Positions 26,572 to 39,470 of a stretch of 64,000 nt of DNA are shown piece by piece. Made by a program: the position numbers and the translations under genes. A model generated the notes under the pieces. That model was not told the origin of the DNA. It did not search any database and worked only from the letters and a program-made list of their open reading frames with translations. The stretch is from Octopus bimaculoides. Its lineage: Eukaryota. The stretch's first letter is position 1, and every line of letters begins with the position of its first letter. The stretch lies in NCBI RefSeq assembly GCF_001194135.2, contig NC_068985.1, positions 98,065,835 to 98,129,834 on the forward strand, in the 5' to 3' direction.

Positions 26572-26848
26572 AGGGAGAGATGGAGATGGAGAGAGAGATG
26601 GAGAGATGCAAGCAACACTTTGATATTGTTTTCATGATCATTTGGATATTTCTGGTAACATTTCTACTACAATCGGCCCTGGTAAATTAAAATTTAATTT
26701 ATTGATTTGCTAGAGATTGGCTCTTTTATGTACGGGAATCTGATCTTTGTGTGGAATGTGAGCAACAGGTGTCAACACTTGACATTTTTATAAAGAATAT
26801 CAAATGTAAATTGCCTCTTGCTGCTAATTGTTGTTAACCACCCCACCA

Positions 26849-26882
<34 letters not shown>

Positions 26883-27823
26883 ATAATAATAATCAATAAA
26901 AGACCCAAACTGAGTTTGATAAAAAATTAATTCATCTTTGATTAGTGAAATGCAAATATATGAATTGAAGAACTTATGACTGTTTTCATTGATGAAAAAA
27001 TAATGTAAAAACATATCAATGGAAATAGTGGCGCATGCTGTAATCGAAGGTGTATAAATTTGAGTTTTTATGTTATTGTTTTGTGTAGAATAATTGGAAC
27101 CAAGTCTGTTAAAGTCAGAGAAGTCTTTTGTTAAGGCAGTGATTCATTCAGCTTTTGACTTTCAATTAAACTATTTCCATGAATTTTGTATTCAGGAAAA
27201 GAATTTGGCAACAAATTAATAGGATTATATTATGAAATTTTAGAAATTAGTGTTTTTTTTTAAAGGTCTTTTAAAGGCAGCTCATGCATCAAATGAAATT
27301 TCTTTTACAGTTGTGTCATCAACATCTATGGGAAAATGGAATAGATTTTTTTTTTAGGGTTTCATTCACCAAGATTGCACTTAAATTCTTCTGTACTCCA
27401 CTCTCACCAATGTTATATGATTTTTTAAACTCAGAAGCAATATTTGATGATTGATATATGAACTTTCAAGGGAAGAATGACCCACCCCTTTAAGGAAACT
27501 ATTACTTTATTTATTATTATTATTATACATAAAACCTGAAATCTTGGGAGAAGGTGGAAGTCAATTACATTGATAAATTAAGTACCAGTTGAGTACTTAA
27601 TGTCAACTCTGAAAGAAACCCCGCTGTACATACATATCTATATCTGAGTGCCTGTATATGTACCCTTGTCTTGGATATCCCGTGATGGTTGAAAATGCAC
27701 TCAACCATCCTGCAAGTGATGTTTGTTTCTAGTCGTCCATGCTAATTCTGGAAAATATTACTTTGGAAGTAGATGATGGGTTGTTGACTGCAAAAAATTC
27801 CATCTGACCTATGCAAGTCTGGA

Positions 27824-28181
27824 CGAGGGTTCCAGTTGATCCGATCAACAGAACAGCCTGCTCGTGAAATTAATGTGCAAGTGGCTGAGCACTCCACAGA
27901 CACGTGTACCCTTTACGTAATTTTCAGGGAGATTCAGCGTGACACAGAGTGTGACAAAGCTGACCCTTTGAAATACAGGTACAACAGAAACAGGAGGAAA
28001 GAGTGAGAGAAAGTTGTGGTGAAAGAGTACAGCAAGGTTCGCCACCATAACCTGCCGGAGCCTCGTGGAACTTTAGGTGTTTTCGCTCAATAAACACTCA
28101 CAACGTCCGGTCTGGGAATTGAAACCGTGATCCTACAACCGCGAGTCCGCTGCCCTAACCACTGGGCCATTGTGCATCCAC
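27824..28181 (-). mobile_element. tRNA-head SINE family D with 11-bp TSD
   Basis: gcaagtctgga at 27813-27823 and 28182-28192; head tggcccagtggttagg...ggtttcaattccc; homologous to 35242-35814. Confidence 0.88.
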
Positions 28182-28535
28182 GCAAGTCTGGAAAAGTGGA
28201 TGTTAAATAATGATGATAATGGAGGAAAATTTGCTCTTCATCCCTCTGATTTTTATGAAAACAAGCACCAGACATGTAAAGGATTTGATTTAACCACCTG
28301 ATAACTCCTGCAGGTATGTGGATCTTGTGTAAATATAAGAAAACATGCCAATAGTCAAATTAATGAGTTGGCTTTGTGAGGTACAGGGGTGTAGATGAAG
28401 AATTTGACTGTTAAGGGTTCTAATTGAGAATGGTAACTGGGATACACCTGTTCTTTAATTGTTTTCCTGTTTTCATTTGAAATTTTAGGTTTGATAAAAC
28501 TGATTCAACTGATAGTGGGAGAAGGAATTAAAACT

Positions 28536-29085
28536 GAAAAAAAAAAAAAAAATTGCTATGAAAAGAGAAATTAAATGATGAATAATAAAAATATGGTTTC
28601 ATTAAAAGAAAAAGAAAATAATTGGAATTTGAATCAAATTCAATTTTAGTTTGTTTAGAAAAAAAAGTTAGTGTCTATGAAATTTTAAATAAAAAGACAA
28701 ATGTTTAAAAATATTTCATTCAAATGAAACAAAATCTTTAGAAATGTCTTCTCTCTTAAGGCATCATATCAGTCAACCATAAACATACCTAGCCTCACTT
28801 CATGGNNNNNNNNNNGAAAAAAAAAAAAAAAATTGCTATGAAAAGAGAAATTAAATGATGAATAATAAAAATATGGTTTCATTAAAAGAAAAAGAAAATA
28901 ATTGGAATTTGAATCAAATTCAATTTTAGTTTGTTTAGAAAAAAAAGTTAGTGTCTATGAAATTTTAAATAAAAAGACAAATGTTTAAAAATATTTCATT
29001 CAAATGAAACAAAATCTTTAGAAATGTCTTCTCTCTTAAGGCATCATATCAGTCAACCATAAACATACCTAGCCTCACTTCATGG
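28536..29085. other. 270-bp exact duplication across a 10-N gap (probable assembly artefact)
   Basis: 28536-28805 reads identical to 28816-29085. Confidence 0.85.
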
Positions 29086-29361
29086 CTCATTAAAGACCTG
29101 TTTACTGATCTGTAAAATATGTCATGTATCATTCCACAGTATAGGAGGTGGGGTTTTACTATATAGTCTCTTGATTTGTTAATAATAGCAGCCAAATTTC
29201 CCTCCTATCATCCTCAACCATTTTAAGAAAAATAGACCTACATTCTGGATAATATAGTCTTGTATGCATTATTGTGCCTTAAATTAAGGCAGGGTAATCA
29301 CTTTAGGAGTGTCTTTGAGTATAGAAATACACAAAGGTCACCTGTACTTTTCGAATTTACA

Positions 29362-29853
29362 TCTCTCTCTCTCTCTCATTATATATCTCTCCTTCTATCT
29401 TTCTCTTCCCTACATCTCTCCCTCTCTTTCTTTGCCTCTCTTTTTCTCTGCCTCTTTTGTTCCATGCCTCCCTTTGTATCTCCCTATCTCTCTCTCTGTA
29501 TCTCCCCATTTCTCCCTCTCTCTCCCTCCCTCCCTCCGTCTCTCTCTTTCTCTCTCTCTCTCTCCTCCCTCCNNNNNNNNNNNNNNNNNNNNNNNNNNNN
29601 NNNNNNNNNNNNNNNNNNNNNNNNNNNNNNNNNNNNNNNNNNNNNNNNNNNNNNNNNNNNNNNNNNNNNNNNNNNNNNNNNNNNNNNNNNNNNNNNNNNN
29701 NNNNNNNNNNNNNNNNNNNNNNNNNNNNNNNNNNNNNNNNNNNNNNNNNNNNNNNNNNNNNNNNNNNNNNNNNNNNNNNNNNNNNNNNNNNNNNNNNNNN
29801 NNNNNNNNNNNNNNNNNNNNNNNNNNNNNNNNNNNNNNNNNNNNNNNNNNNNN

Positions 29854-29897
<44 letters not shown>

Positions 29898-30128
29898 CTA
29901 TCTCCGTTGCTCTTTTACTCTTTCTCACTTTTTCAGTCTCTCTCTCTCTCTGTCTGTCTCTCTCTTACTATCTCCGTTGCTCTCTTACTCTCTCTCTCAC
30001 TCATTCAGTCCCTAACTCTCTCTCTGTCTCTCTCTCTCTCTCTCTGCCTGTCTCTCTCTGTCTCTCTCTGTCTTTCTCTCTCTCTCTCTGTGTCTCTCAC
30101 TCTCTCTCTGTGTCTCTCACTCTCTCTC

Positions 30129-30160
<32 letters not shown>

Positions 30161-30495
30161 CGTCTCTCTCTCTCTCTGTCTGTATGTGTGTCTCTCTCTC
30201 TATGTCCCTCTCTCTGTCTCTCTCTCCCCATCTCTCTTTCTGTATCTCCCCCATCTCTTTCTTTCTCTGTATCTCTCTCTTTGTATTTCTCTTTCTCTCT
30301 CTTTGTATTTCTCTTTCTCTCTCTTTGTATTTCTCTTTCTCTCTCTGTCTCCCCCTCTCTCTCTTCTTTTCTTTTTCTCTCTCTCTGTCTCCCCCTCTCT
30401 CTCTTCTTTTCTTTTTCTCTCTCTCTTCTTTTCTTTTCTCTCTCTCGCCCTTTTCTTTCTCCTCTCCCTCCCTCTCTCACCCCCCTCTTCTCTTC
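29362..30495. repeat. Long compound (CT)n / pyrimidine-rich tract with gap 29573-29853
   Basis: Read directly; source of the Ser/Leu and Arg/Glu ORFs. Confidence 0.95.
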
Positions 30496-31125
30496 TATGA
30501 GAAGCTAATCAGTTCTTAATTTTCACTGTAGGATCTCAATCTAATATCATTTCTCACAATCACCTCACAATCACCTCACCTCTCCACACAAATACAATGT
30601 TTGCACTAACACACTCACAGTAACAGACATACCTACTCACTCATTCTCTCTCTCTCTCTCTCTCTCAAACACACACACACCAACCATAATTAAGACAGAA
30701 GTGACAAGCTGCTCTACTTTCTTCCCTTATGGCAGCAGGCCAAACTTTAACCGTTCTTTATCTATTCTAGTCTTCAATGTCTCTCTGCTTTCCCACCATC
30801 AAGCCTTCCTACATCATCATTGTTCTCTTTCCTATCTACATCATTTATTCTTTGCAATTCTTCACCCGTGACCCTCCGGCATATTTACCTCCCCACCACC
30901 ATAATGTTTCTACTCCAGTTTTGCCATTCTAAAGCAAGTATCAAATTATTAAATATAGCCACCCGCTTCACCCACCTTTAACTCTTTCCATACCAACCAG
31001 CCTGAGACCTAACCATACTTAAGTGTTCGTATTTTAATTAAAATCTCAATCAAAATCTCATAACATGAAAATTCATTTGGTTAACCTCAACATAGAAATC
31101 ATTATTAAATGGACATTTGAAAAGA

Positions 31126-31330
31126 TTATTACACCTCTGCCTTAGCAAAGGCAGAGGTATTGTTTTCAGTCATGTTTATTTGTTTGTCCATGGACAAGAT
31201 ATCTGAAGAACCGCTGGATGGATTCGGGTGAAACTTTCAGGGATGTCTGGCCTCGTGACTGGCACAAACTGATTAAATTTTGGGATTGTTCGGATACCAG
31301 ACAAGGATTCTGGATTATTTATTATATTTA
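31126..31330 (+). mobile_element. HINE/DINE-1-like non-autonomous rolling-circle element (5' part)
   Basis: ttatt then an 11-bp stem acctctgcctt-agca-aaggcagaggt (31133-31158), then gtttatttgtttgtcc and gaaactttcaggg. Class assigned from recall. Confidence 0.5.
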
Positions 31331-32248
31331 CTTTACATGAAGTATTACGATCTTATGTTAACTTTCAAGTCGTTCTCTTATTATTTCCCTTGAAAGCATG
31401 CTCATGGTTTCCATGTAAGTTATGGTGGAATTGCTGTTTCCAAAGTTTTATTATCGTTTCTCTATTATTAATTTTATTCCTGTCTCTATCTTAGTAGAAA
31501 CTGATGGATAAAGAAATCAAAGTACATAAATAAATGGCAGCGAAACCGTTTGGAGATTATATAACACTAACATATTCAGTAACAATAATAAATTTAATTT
31601 ATCCTTGACAATTCTTAGTTTTACCAGTTTTGAATATATCACTCATGTTTAAACCACCTCTTACTTGACAATTATATTTCTAACTCTGCCTTGAAGGAAG
31701 CTTTACTTCTTGGACTCATGTTTTTGTGCACAATGATGTTAAATGTCCGTTAACAGCACCGTATGCAGATCCTTTCCATTTTCTTTCACACACAGATAAA
31801 TTTTTCGCTATAGACCTTAATGGGTCTATAAAGACATTACATCAATAGATAGACTAAAAAAGGCCTTTTCAGTTTTTGTTGGAGGAACTTTAAGAAATCA
31901 AAGACTGTGAGTTCTAGTTTATGAAGTTTATTGAAGGTTTTGTTTAGGAATAGATAGTATTGTGTTTTGTATTTTTCTGATAAGTGTTAATACCTGTGTT
32001 AGAGCGACTGAAGCATCATTGTCATCATCATCATTTAATGTCTGCTTCCCATGCTGGAACGTGTTGGATGGCTTGACAGGGGCTGGCAAGGCTGGAAGCT
32101 GCACCAGGCCCCATTTCTGTTTCGGCAGGTTTTCTATGGCTAACCTTAACTCTTTCTAATCACAACCACTTTATTGAATGTACTGGGTGCTTTTTCTGTG
32201 GTATCAGCACTAGTGCTAGGATATTTTTTATTGTCTTTGTTCATAGAT

Positions 32249-32524
32249 TTACAAGTGTGTTTCACTGGAATTTACACTATGTTGGCTGTTTATGCAAAAA
32301 AGGAAGAGTGTACAGAAGCCCTGTTGCATATCAGACAAAAGGATATGGATTATAGAGGGTCTCACCGACACATTGTATTGAAGTAGTCTAGTAGAGACCT
32401 TGTAATCCAAGAGGTGGGTGCGTTCTACATGTGAGCCACTTGATTTGAAGCTTCTCATAAAGAATATGGCCAAAGGCTTTGCAGATGTCAAGTGTAATAA
32501 CATTGCTTTTGGTAAAGTTCTCAA
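32249..32524 (-). mobile_element. Decayed CR1/L2-group reverse transcriptase fragment
   Basis: Track ORF contains AKPLAIFFMRSF and ILLSDMQQGF, resembling PLxxIFxxSL...LLSDxQHGF. Confidence 0.45.
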
Positions 32525-33286
32525 AAGCTAGAAACCACTAGTGTGTAATTTCCTGTGGAGACAGAAATCTCAATAATTTGGTTGTCAGACATAAACTCTC
32601 CCTTTCTATTCATTCTGTTCTCTCTTTCTCCATTAACTTCTCTCTTCATTGATCTTTCTCTCTTTCTCCCTCCAGTTTTTAATGTCAGAATTATTTTAGA
32701 GACAAACCAAATTAGAATTAACATGTTTTACCCATTCATACTTAGTTTCCTCAGTCTATACTAATGAGAATGTTATTTGAAGTTAATTTTATCAAATCAA
32801 AATAAATTAAAAAAAAAGTTTTCATGAACTAAAATAAAATTTGCAAAGTTGAATCAAAATCAAAGTAGTAATTGTAGCAGTGGTGGTGGTGGTGGTGGTG
32901 GTGGTAATGAAATGTAGAATTTGGGAGAAGAATATAGCGAATTATATTGGTCCCAGAATTTAACTGGTACTTTAGTTTCGTCATTATCAAACGTCCATTT
33001 TTCCATGCTGGCATGAGTTGGATGGTTTGACAGGAGCTGGAAAGCCAGGGAGCTGCACTAAGNNNNNNNNNNNNNNNNNNNNNNNNNNNNNNNNNNNNNN
33101 NNNNNNNNNNNNNNNNNNNNNNNNNNNNNNNNNNNNNNNNNNNNNNNNNNNNNNNNNNNNNNNNNNNNNNGTCAACCTCAGCAGAATTCAAACTCAGAAC
33201 ATAAAAACAAACCGAATGCCTCTAAGAAATTTTGTCAAGCATTCTAATGATTCTACCAACTCATAATAATAATAATAATGATAATC

Positions 33287-33352
<66 letters not shown>

Positions 33353-33379
33353 TTTTTATTATTATTATCCTTTCTATTA

Positions 33380-33586
33380 AAAGTACAAGGCCTGAAATTT
33401 TGTGGGAGGGGACTAGTTGATTACATCAACCCTCCAGTTTTTCACTTATACTTTATTTATTGACCCTGAAAGAATGAAAGATAAAGTTAACCTTGGCAGA
33501 ATTTGAACTCAGAGCATAAAGATGAGTGAAATGCTGCCAAGCATTTTTCCTTGCATGATAACTACTCTGCCAGCTCTTCGCCTTAA
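33380..33586 (-). mobile_element. SINE family B, tail type 2, next to (TAA)n/(TTA)n
   Basis: Reverse complement of the 54074-54290 copy; lies about 100 bp upstream of visible exon 1. Confidence 0.7.
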
Positions 33587-33682
33587 TAATAATAATGATG
33601 ATGATGATGATGATAATATTAATAATAATTTATAGATTAATTTTATAATTAATCTAAATGCATTTTTTGTTGTTTTTTACAG

Positions 33683-33843
33683 ACACTGCTGTTTTGGACT
33701 GGTGTATTTGTCGGATGGGCTGTTATAATCCAGCTGTTGATGTTTTTATACATCTGTTGCATTTGTTGCAAGAAGAAAAAGAAGAAGCATCGGGAAGTAA
33801 AGTGTATACGATGTTTCATGGCAATATTCATATTTGTTTGCGC
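33683..33843 (+). CDS. tty: tweety homolog, visible exon 1/11 (TM1, Cys/Lys-rich loop, start of TM2)
   Basis: Acceptor ttttttacag, donor GC|gtaagt; 161 nt, phase 0 to 2. Translates TLLFWTGVFVGWAVIIQLLMFLYICCICCKKKKKKHREVKCIRCFMAIFIFVCA, matching the tweety TM1-CC-TM2 layout. Confidence 0.9.
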
Positions 33844-35241
33844 GTAAGTTGTTCATTTTCCTTGTTCTTCTTTGTTACTAACTTCCAAAAACAGATGATA
33901 CATTGTTGGTTTAAAAATTTTCTCTTATTTTATTTATTATTATTATTATTATTATTTTTTTTTTTTTTTTAGTCCTAGGACTCTTAAAGTTGGTTGCTAG
34001 GTTTTCATGGTACATCAGTGACACCTAGATTATAACATTCCTCCTGAATGGTATGCTGGTCTGTTGCAGGATTCAGGCCCAGCAATTTTGAGGCATGTGC
34101 CAGTCCCGTGTGGCTCCTGTGCAAGTGGCATGTAAAAAGCACCCGCTTCACTCTCGGAATGGTTGGCATCCAGCTGTAGAAACCTTGCCAGATCAGATTG
34201 GAGGGAGGAAAGGCAAAATTGACCTTGGCAGGATTTGAACTCAGAATGTAAAGCACCAAAAGAAATACCATTAAGCAATTTTGTCTAACATTTCCACTAA
34301 CTCACTGCCCTACAATGCTAGGTTACAGTTAATCAGAAAGACAGGTGTTATCTATCATCATAAAAATTATGGATATGAGAACACAAAATTTTGAAAATAT
34401 ATTTATATTTCTTAAATACCTTTCTCCTTGTCAGGAATGGAAATTTTTAGATATTAATTAATTTTTTTTGTCTTCTCTGTCTAGAAGAATAATTTCCAGA
34501 AGCCAAAATATAAATTCCTTGTAGATTCATTAAATTCTTTGTTTTTAACTGAAATGATGCCGAAGGCTCTACTATGGATTACCAGAAATTTGTTGCAATA
34601 TTTTCCCAAATATCAAGGGGCCAACAGTTTTTGCAAATTTTATTCTTTTGATTTCAATCTTTGTTTCAGTTTTGAATACATTAAAGTATGTAATAAAATA
34701 ACCTTGTTGTTATTAAGCTGGTCTTAGGAACATATTATCATGCAATTTTGATTGGAAGTTTTAATTTAGATAACTTTAAGACAAGTTTGTCTTGGTTAGG
34801 TTACTATTAAAAGAGTTAATCAGAGGAGGAACAGTGGCACCTCTGATCTCTCGTAGGGCTTTTAAGACTGGTAGGAAAAAGGGAGGGACAAAAACCAAAC
34901 CATAACATCTGGGTTTTTGTGAGAGAGAGAGCAAGCAATGCATCAGAGTTTCAAGTTATTCCTAGACTAGAGGACTGGTCTCAGTTTCTATAAGAGAATC
35001 CATGCCTCTTACTCAAGTGTTTTAAACCTGCCATTGGATTAAGTCTACCATACAAGAACTGGTACAGCTCATCCAATCTACGAAGCTACATAATTTTAGT
35101 TTATAAGTCTTGAGTTGGCCTTTGACTATGGTAGAAGACACTTGCCCAAAGAGCAAAGAGAAGGATCATGCTTTGATTTACAAACTGCCAAACAAACTTC
35201 TTAACTATAGTGTTAAATATCAAGTCGTAATCTTCCCATGG

Positions 35242-35814
35242 GTGGAGGCGCAATGGTCCAGTGGTTAGGGCAGCGGACTCGCAGTCATAGGATCTTGGTT
35301 TCGATTCCCAGACCAGGCGTTGTGAGTGTTTATTGAGCGAAAACACCTAAAAGCTCCACGAGGCTCCGGCAGGAGATGGTGGTGAAACCCTGCTGTACTC
35401 TTTNNNNNNNNNNNNNNNNNNNNNNNNNNNNNNNNNNNNNNNNNNNNNNNNNNNNNNNNNNNNNNNNNNNNNNNNNNNNNNNNNNNNNNNNNNNNNNNNN
35501 NNNNNNNNNNNNNNNNNNNNNNNNNNNNNNNNNNNNGCTCCACGAGGCTCCGGCAGGGGATGGTGGCGAACCCTGCTGTACTCTTTCACCACAACTTTCT
35601 CTCACTCTTACTTCCTGTTTCTGTTGTGCCTGTAATTCAAAGGGTCAGCCTTGTCACACTGTGCCATGCTGAATCACCACGAGAACTACGTAAAGGGTAC
35701 ACGTGTCTGTGGAGTGCTCAGCCACTTGCATGTTAATTTCACGAGCAGGCTGTTCCATTGATCGGATCAACTGGAACCCTCGACATCGTAAGTGACGGAT
35801 TGCGAACAAAAAAC
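35242..35814 (+). mobile_element. tRNA-head SINE family D with 13-bp TSD (gap 35404-35536 inside)
   Basis: aatcttcccatgg at 35229-35241 and 35815-35827. Confidence 0.88.
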
Positions 35815-36669
35815 AATCTTCCCATGGATATTATAATTACTGGTCTTTCTACATGACATTTCAATTTGTAGCAGCAAGTTGATGAAGCATTTGGGAATTC
35901 TGCAACACTGTTACTACTTATAACACTTGTAGTACTTTGTTAGAGCCATGCAGATTTCACTGTCATTGTCCTGCTATAAAACTACTTATCCCTTGTGTAG
36001 TGGTTCAATACCTTGTCATCCCAGATATTATTATTCTTACTCATATTACTGCAGTCTAAGGTGACGAACTGGCAGAATTGGGAGCACACTGGTTTGTCAA
36101 ATTCTGCCAAGGTCAACTATGCTTTTCACCCCTTCTAGGTCAATAAAATAAGTACCAGTTGAACACTGGGGGGGGGGGGGGGCAATGTAATCAACTTGGT
36201 CGCTCCACCAAACTTGCTGGCCTTGTGCTAAAATCTGATAACAATATTACTGCAGTCTCTGCTAAATAATACTGAAATATTGCTGGAGCTTCTGCTGAGT
36301 GTTTTAGAAGTGCTGTTGTAGTCTCTGCTAAATGGATATAATAATTAGAGATAAAGAGAAATAATATTTAGCAGGGAGACTTAAGTACTTCTGCTAAATC
36401 TAATATGATAAATGTGAAAACTAATCTCTGTGTGTCAGTGTGTCTCACTTTGACTCCCACCCCTCTCACTATTCACTGACACTATTGTTGATGATGTTTT
36501 ATTAAAAGTAGTAGTGTTGATGGTGGCAGTGGGAGTAATAAGAGAGAGAGTGAGAGAGAGGAAGAGTGTGGGTATGTGAGAAAGTGGGACTGAACACTGA
36601 ATTCATTTTCTTAGTACCATCACAATCATCACCACATCTGCTAAACACACACCATTCAGACTTCTGACG

Positions 36670-37086
36670 CTACCACCATCACCACTGTCCACTTCCCCTC
36701 CACCACCATCACCACTGTCCACTTCCCCTCCACCACCATCACNNNNNNNNNNNNNNNNNNNNNNNNNNNNNNNNNNNNNNNNNNNNNNNNNNNNNNNNNN
36801 NNNNNNNNNNNNNNNNNNNNNNNNNNNNNNNNNNNNNNNNNNNNNNNNNNNNNNNNNNNNNNNNNNNNNNNNNNNNNNNNNNNNNNNNNNNNNNNNNNNN
36901 NNNNNNNNNNNNNNNNNNNNNNNNNNNNNNNNNNNNNNNNNNNNNNNNNNNNNNACCATCACCACTGTCCACTTCCCCTACACCACCATCACCACTGTCC
37001 ACTTCCCCCCACCATCACCACTGTCCACTTCCCCTACACCACCATCACCACTGTCCACTTCCCCTCCACTACCATCACCACTGTCT
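36670..37086. repeat. 30-bp minisatellite caccaccatcaccactgtccacttcccctc (gap 36743-36954)
   Basis: Units are visible on both sides of the gap, with 27-bp variants. Confidence 0.9.
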
Positions 37087-37594
37087 GATCCAAGTGTACC
37101 TGTAGAATGGTAGTGAGAGGCTAACCTTGACTTTTGAGAGAGAGAGAGATAGAGAGAGAGAAAGAGAAAGAGAGAGAGGTGTGAGGGAGGGACTTAGCTG
37201 TTTCACCAGTAAAGTGTTTTTCTGTAACTTTATCTCCAGATATGCAAACCATTTTTATTTTAACCTTTATAAAGACAAGTGACCAAATTGCCATTTTGCA
37301 TTAGAAATCTATTTGGCTATCTCTCCCTATATGCCTGTATATTTTTCGCTGTCTGTCTATCTTTCTGTCTTTTTGCCTCTCTCTCCTTCTCCTTGTCTGT
37401 ATCTGTTTGACTCTCCTACATAACAGACAGACCTACACTATCTGTTTATTGAAAATCAAATTCTTTCCATCTACAGCTCTTTTAAATAAGACTTATTCTT
37501 TCATATTTTGTTAAAATGATTATTTTTCAAAGACTTCATTTGTATTCTCTTTTCCCAAATGATTAATCAGATTCTACTTTTTCTTCATTTCCAG

Positions 37595-37706
37595 AGGTTC
37601 TCTCGCTGTTGGTTTCTATGGTAATGAAGAGACAAACCGAGGAATGACTAAATTCATAACCCACTTAAAATCCACAACTGGTACAATCCGTGGCTCCCTA
37701 TCTACA
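37595..37706 (+). CDS. tty: tweety homolog, visible exon 2/11 (end of TM2, GFYGN motif)
   Basis: Acceptor ttcatttccag, donor ACA|gtaagt; 112 nt. GSLAVGFYGNEETNRGMTKF contains the tweety hallmark GFYGNxETNxG. Confidence 0.95.
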
Positions 37707-38282
37707 GTAAGTTGGCCATTGCTCTCGTCTTGTAATTTTAATTATCTTTTGTTTAATGAATGACATTGGCAGATGTGGAATGACAGCAGCCATGGTCTTT
37801 GAGTTTCCACGAGTAAAGAAAGATAGGAAGAAACCATGGTTTGTGAGTTGTTGTTGTAGAAAGCAATGCACCAAGTCTCTGAGTTACCCTCAAGTTGGGG
37901 ACCTGGCCTGAATGCTTTCAGCATAGCGGACTCTACTTAAAAGTAGTGGATTAAGATTATCCTCCAAGTTGAAACGTTAAAAAAAAATTTGGTACAATAG
38001 GGATTAAAGTTGATTTGGAAAATGCTGTAATTGTGGGAAAAGAACTTGCTTAAGGACTAAGTAGTATAAAGAATGGTGGCCAATGGGAAGAGGTTTTGAT
38101 GTTTATGGATGCAGTAGGAAAATGTATTGACTGTTGTGGGCATTGGATAGAGATGGGGATTATTGTGGGCCTAGTGTAGATGTGACAAAATTCACAGGCA
38201 CATTTGATATATGTGGTGACTATTATCTGTAAATTGGGTGAGAGGTGGTAATTGTTGTAGATGTCTGACTTCAGTGGCACGT

Positions 38283-38594
38283 GAAAAGACATTCGAGTGA
38301 GGTCATTGCCAGTGCCGCTGGACTAGCTCCTGTACAGGTGGCACGTAAAATACACCATTTTGAGCGTGGCCATTGCCAGTACCACCTGACTGGCCTTTGT
38401 GCCGGTGGCACGTAAAAGCACCCACTACACCCTCGGAGTGGTTGGCGTTAGGAAGGGCATCCAGCTGTAGAAACTCTGCCAAATCAGATTGGAGCCTGGT
38501 GAAGCCATCTGGCTCACCAGTCCTCAGTCAAATCATCCAACCCATGCTAGCATGGAAAGCGGACGTTAAATGATGATGATGATGATGATGATGA
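38283..38594 (+). mobile_element. Family C element
   Basis: Same body and (GAT)n tail as 981-1167 and 46480-46958. Confidence 0.8.
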
Positions 38595-39470
38595 CACTGG
38601 ATAGGGTGACAATGTTGTAGACATATAAGGTATGAATAAGTGTTGACAAGGAAATTAGATACAGAGTGCAATGTTCAGCTGTACCTTTTACATATCTGAT
38701 GATAGTTATAGGCAAATTGTTGATGTGTAATAATATAGTTGGGGTAGGCATTGGTAGAGGATTGGAATAATAGGTTGCATTGTTTGCAAAAGATCAAATA
38801 TCAAGGTGTATAATGTTGGTGATAATGAGCAACTGTAGGAGGGTGATTAAATTTTTGTGATGTCTAGATATCACTTGAGGTTCAGATTTGGTCATTTGAT
38901 CACAATGAACTGATTCTTGTTGCTTAGTCTTCCATGATCAGATTGACCAGAGACTATGATCAAAGGTGTTTCAGCCTTGACCATACTTTCATTTGATTTT
39001 GTATTAGTCCATAGTGTATTTGATCATTCATTATATTTACTCACTATTAAAGTGACAACACAATATTTTCTCTTCTTTACTCAGACAATGGGTAAGAATC
39101 AAAACATTAGTTCAGTTTCTGTGAGGAATGAGATTCTACCAAAGCTGTCTAGACCATCAGGTAGTAAGGTATGATCAGAGAACAATATGATTGCTATTTC
39201 TAACAGATCAGGTGACCATATAAAGACACCTTTGTTGGCTCATCTGGTGGAATCTAAGACATGCAATTAAAATATTCATCTTTAACTTAAAACGTGGAGA
39301 GAAAATTGTGTAGCCTATAACTGAGATAACTGGAAATATGGAAACAGTAGAGACTATAGAAGAGACAAAAGCAAGTGTAAGATTAGTAAAAAGAACAATG
39401 GTAGCAAAACTATATTACTTTCAAATTGCTTAGCTTTAATCCTTCTTTTCCTTTGTATGTATAATTTCAG

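Noticed and set aside
29260-30519. Long ORFs of 250-400 aa (Ser/Leu, Arg/Glu)
   Set aside because: Translations of (CT)n tracts and N-gaps.
35242-35320. tRNA genes at SINE heads (also 9018, 28100-28181, 50900-50980)
   Set aside because: A/B boxes are present but there is no complete cloverleaf; each continues into a SINE body, two with TSDs.
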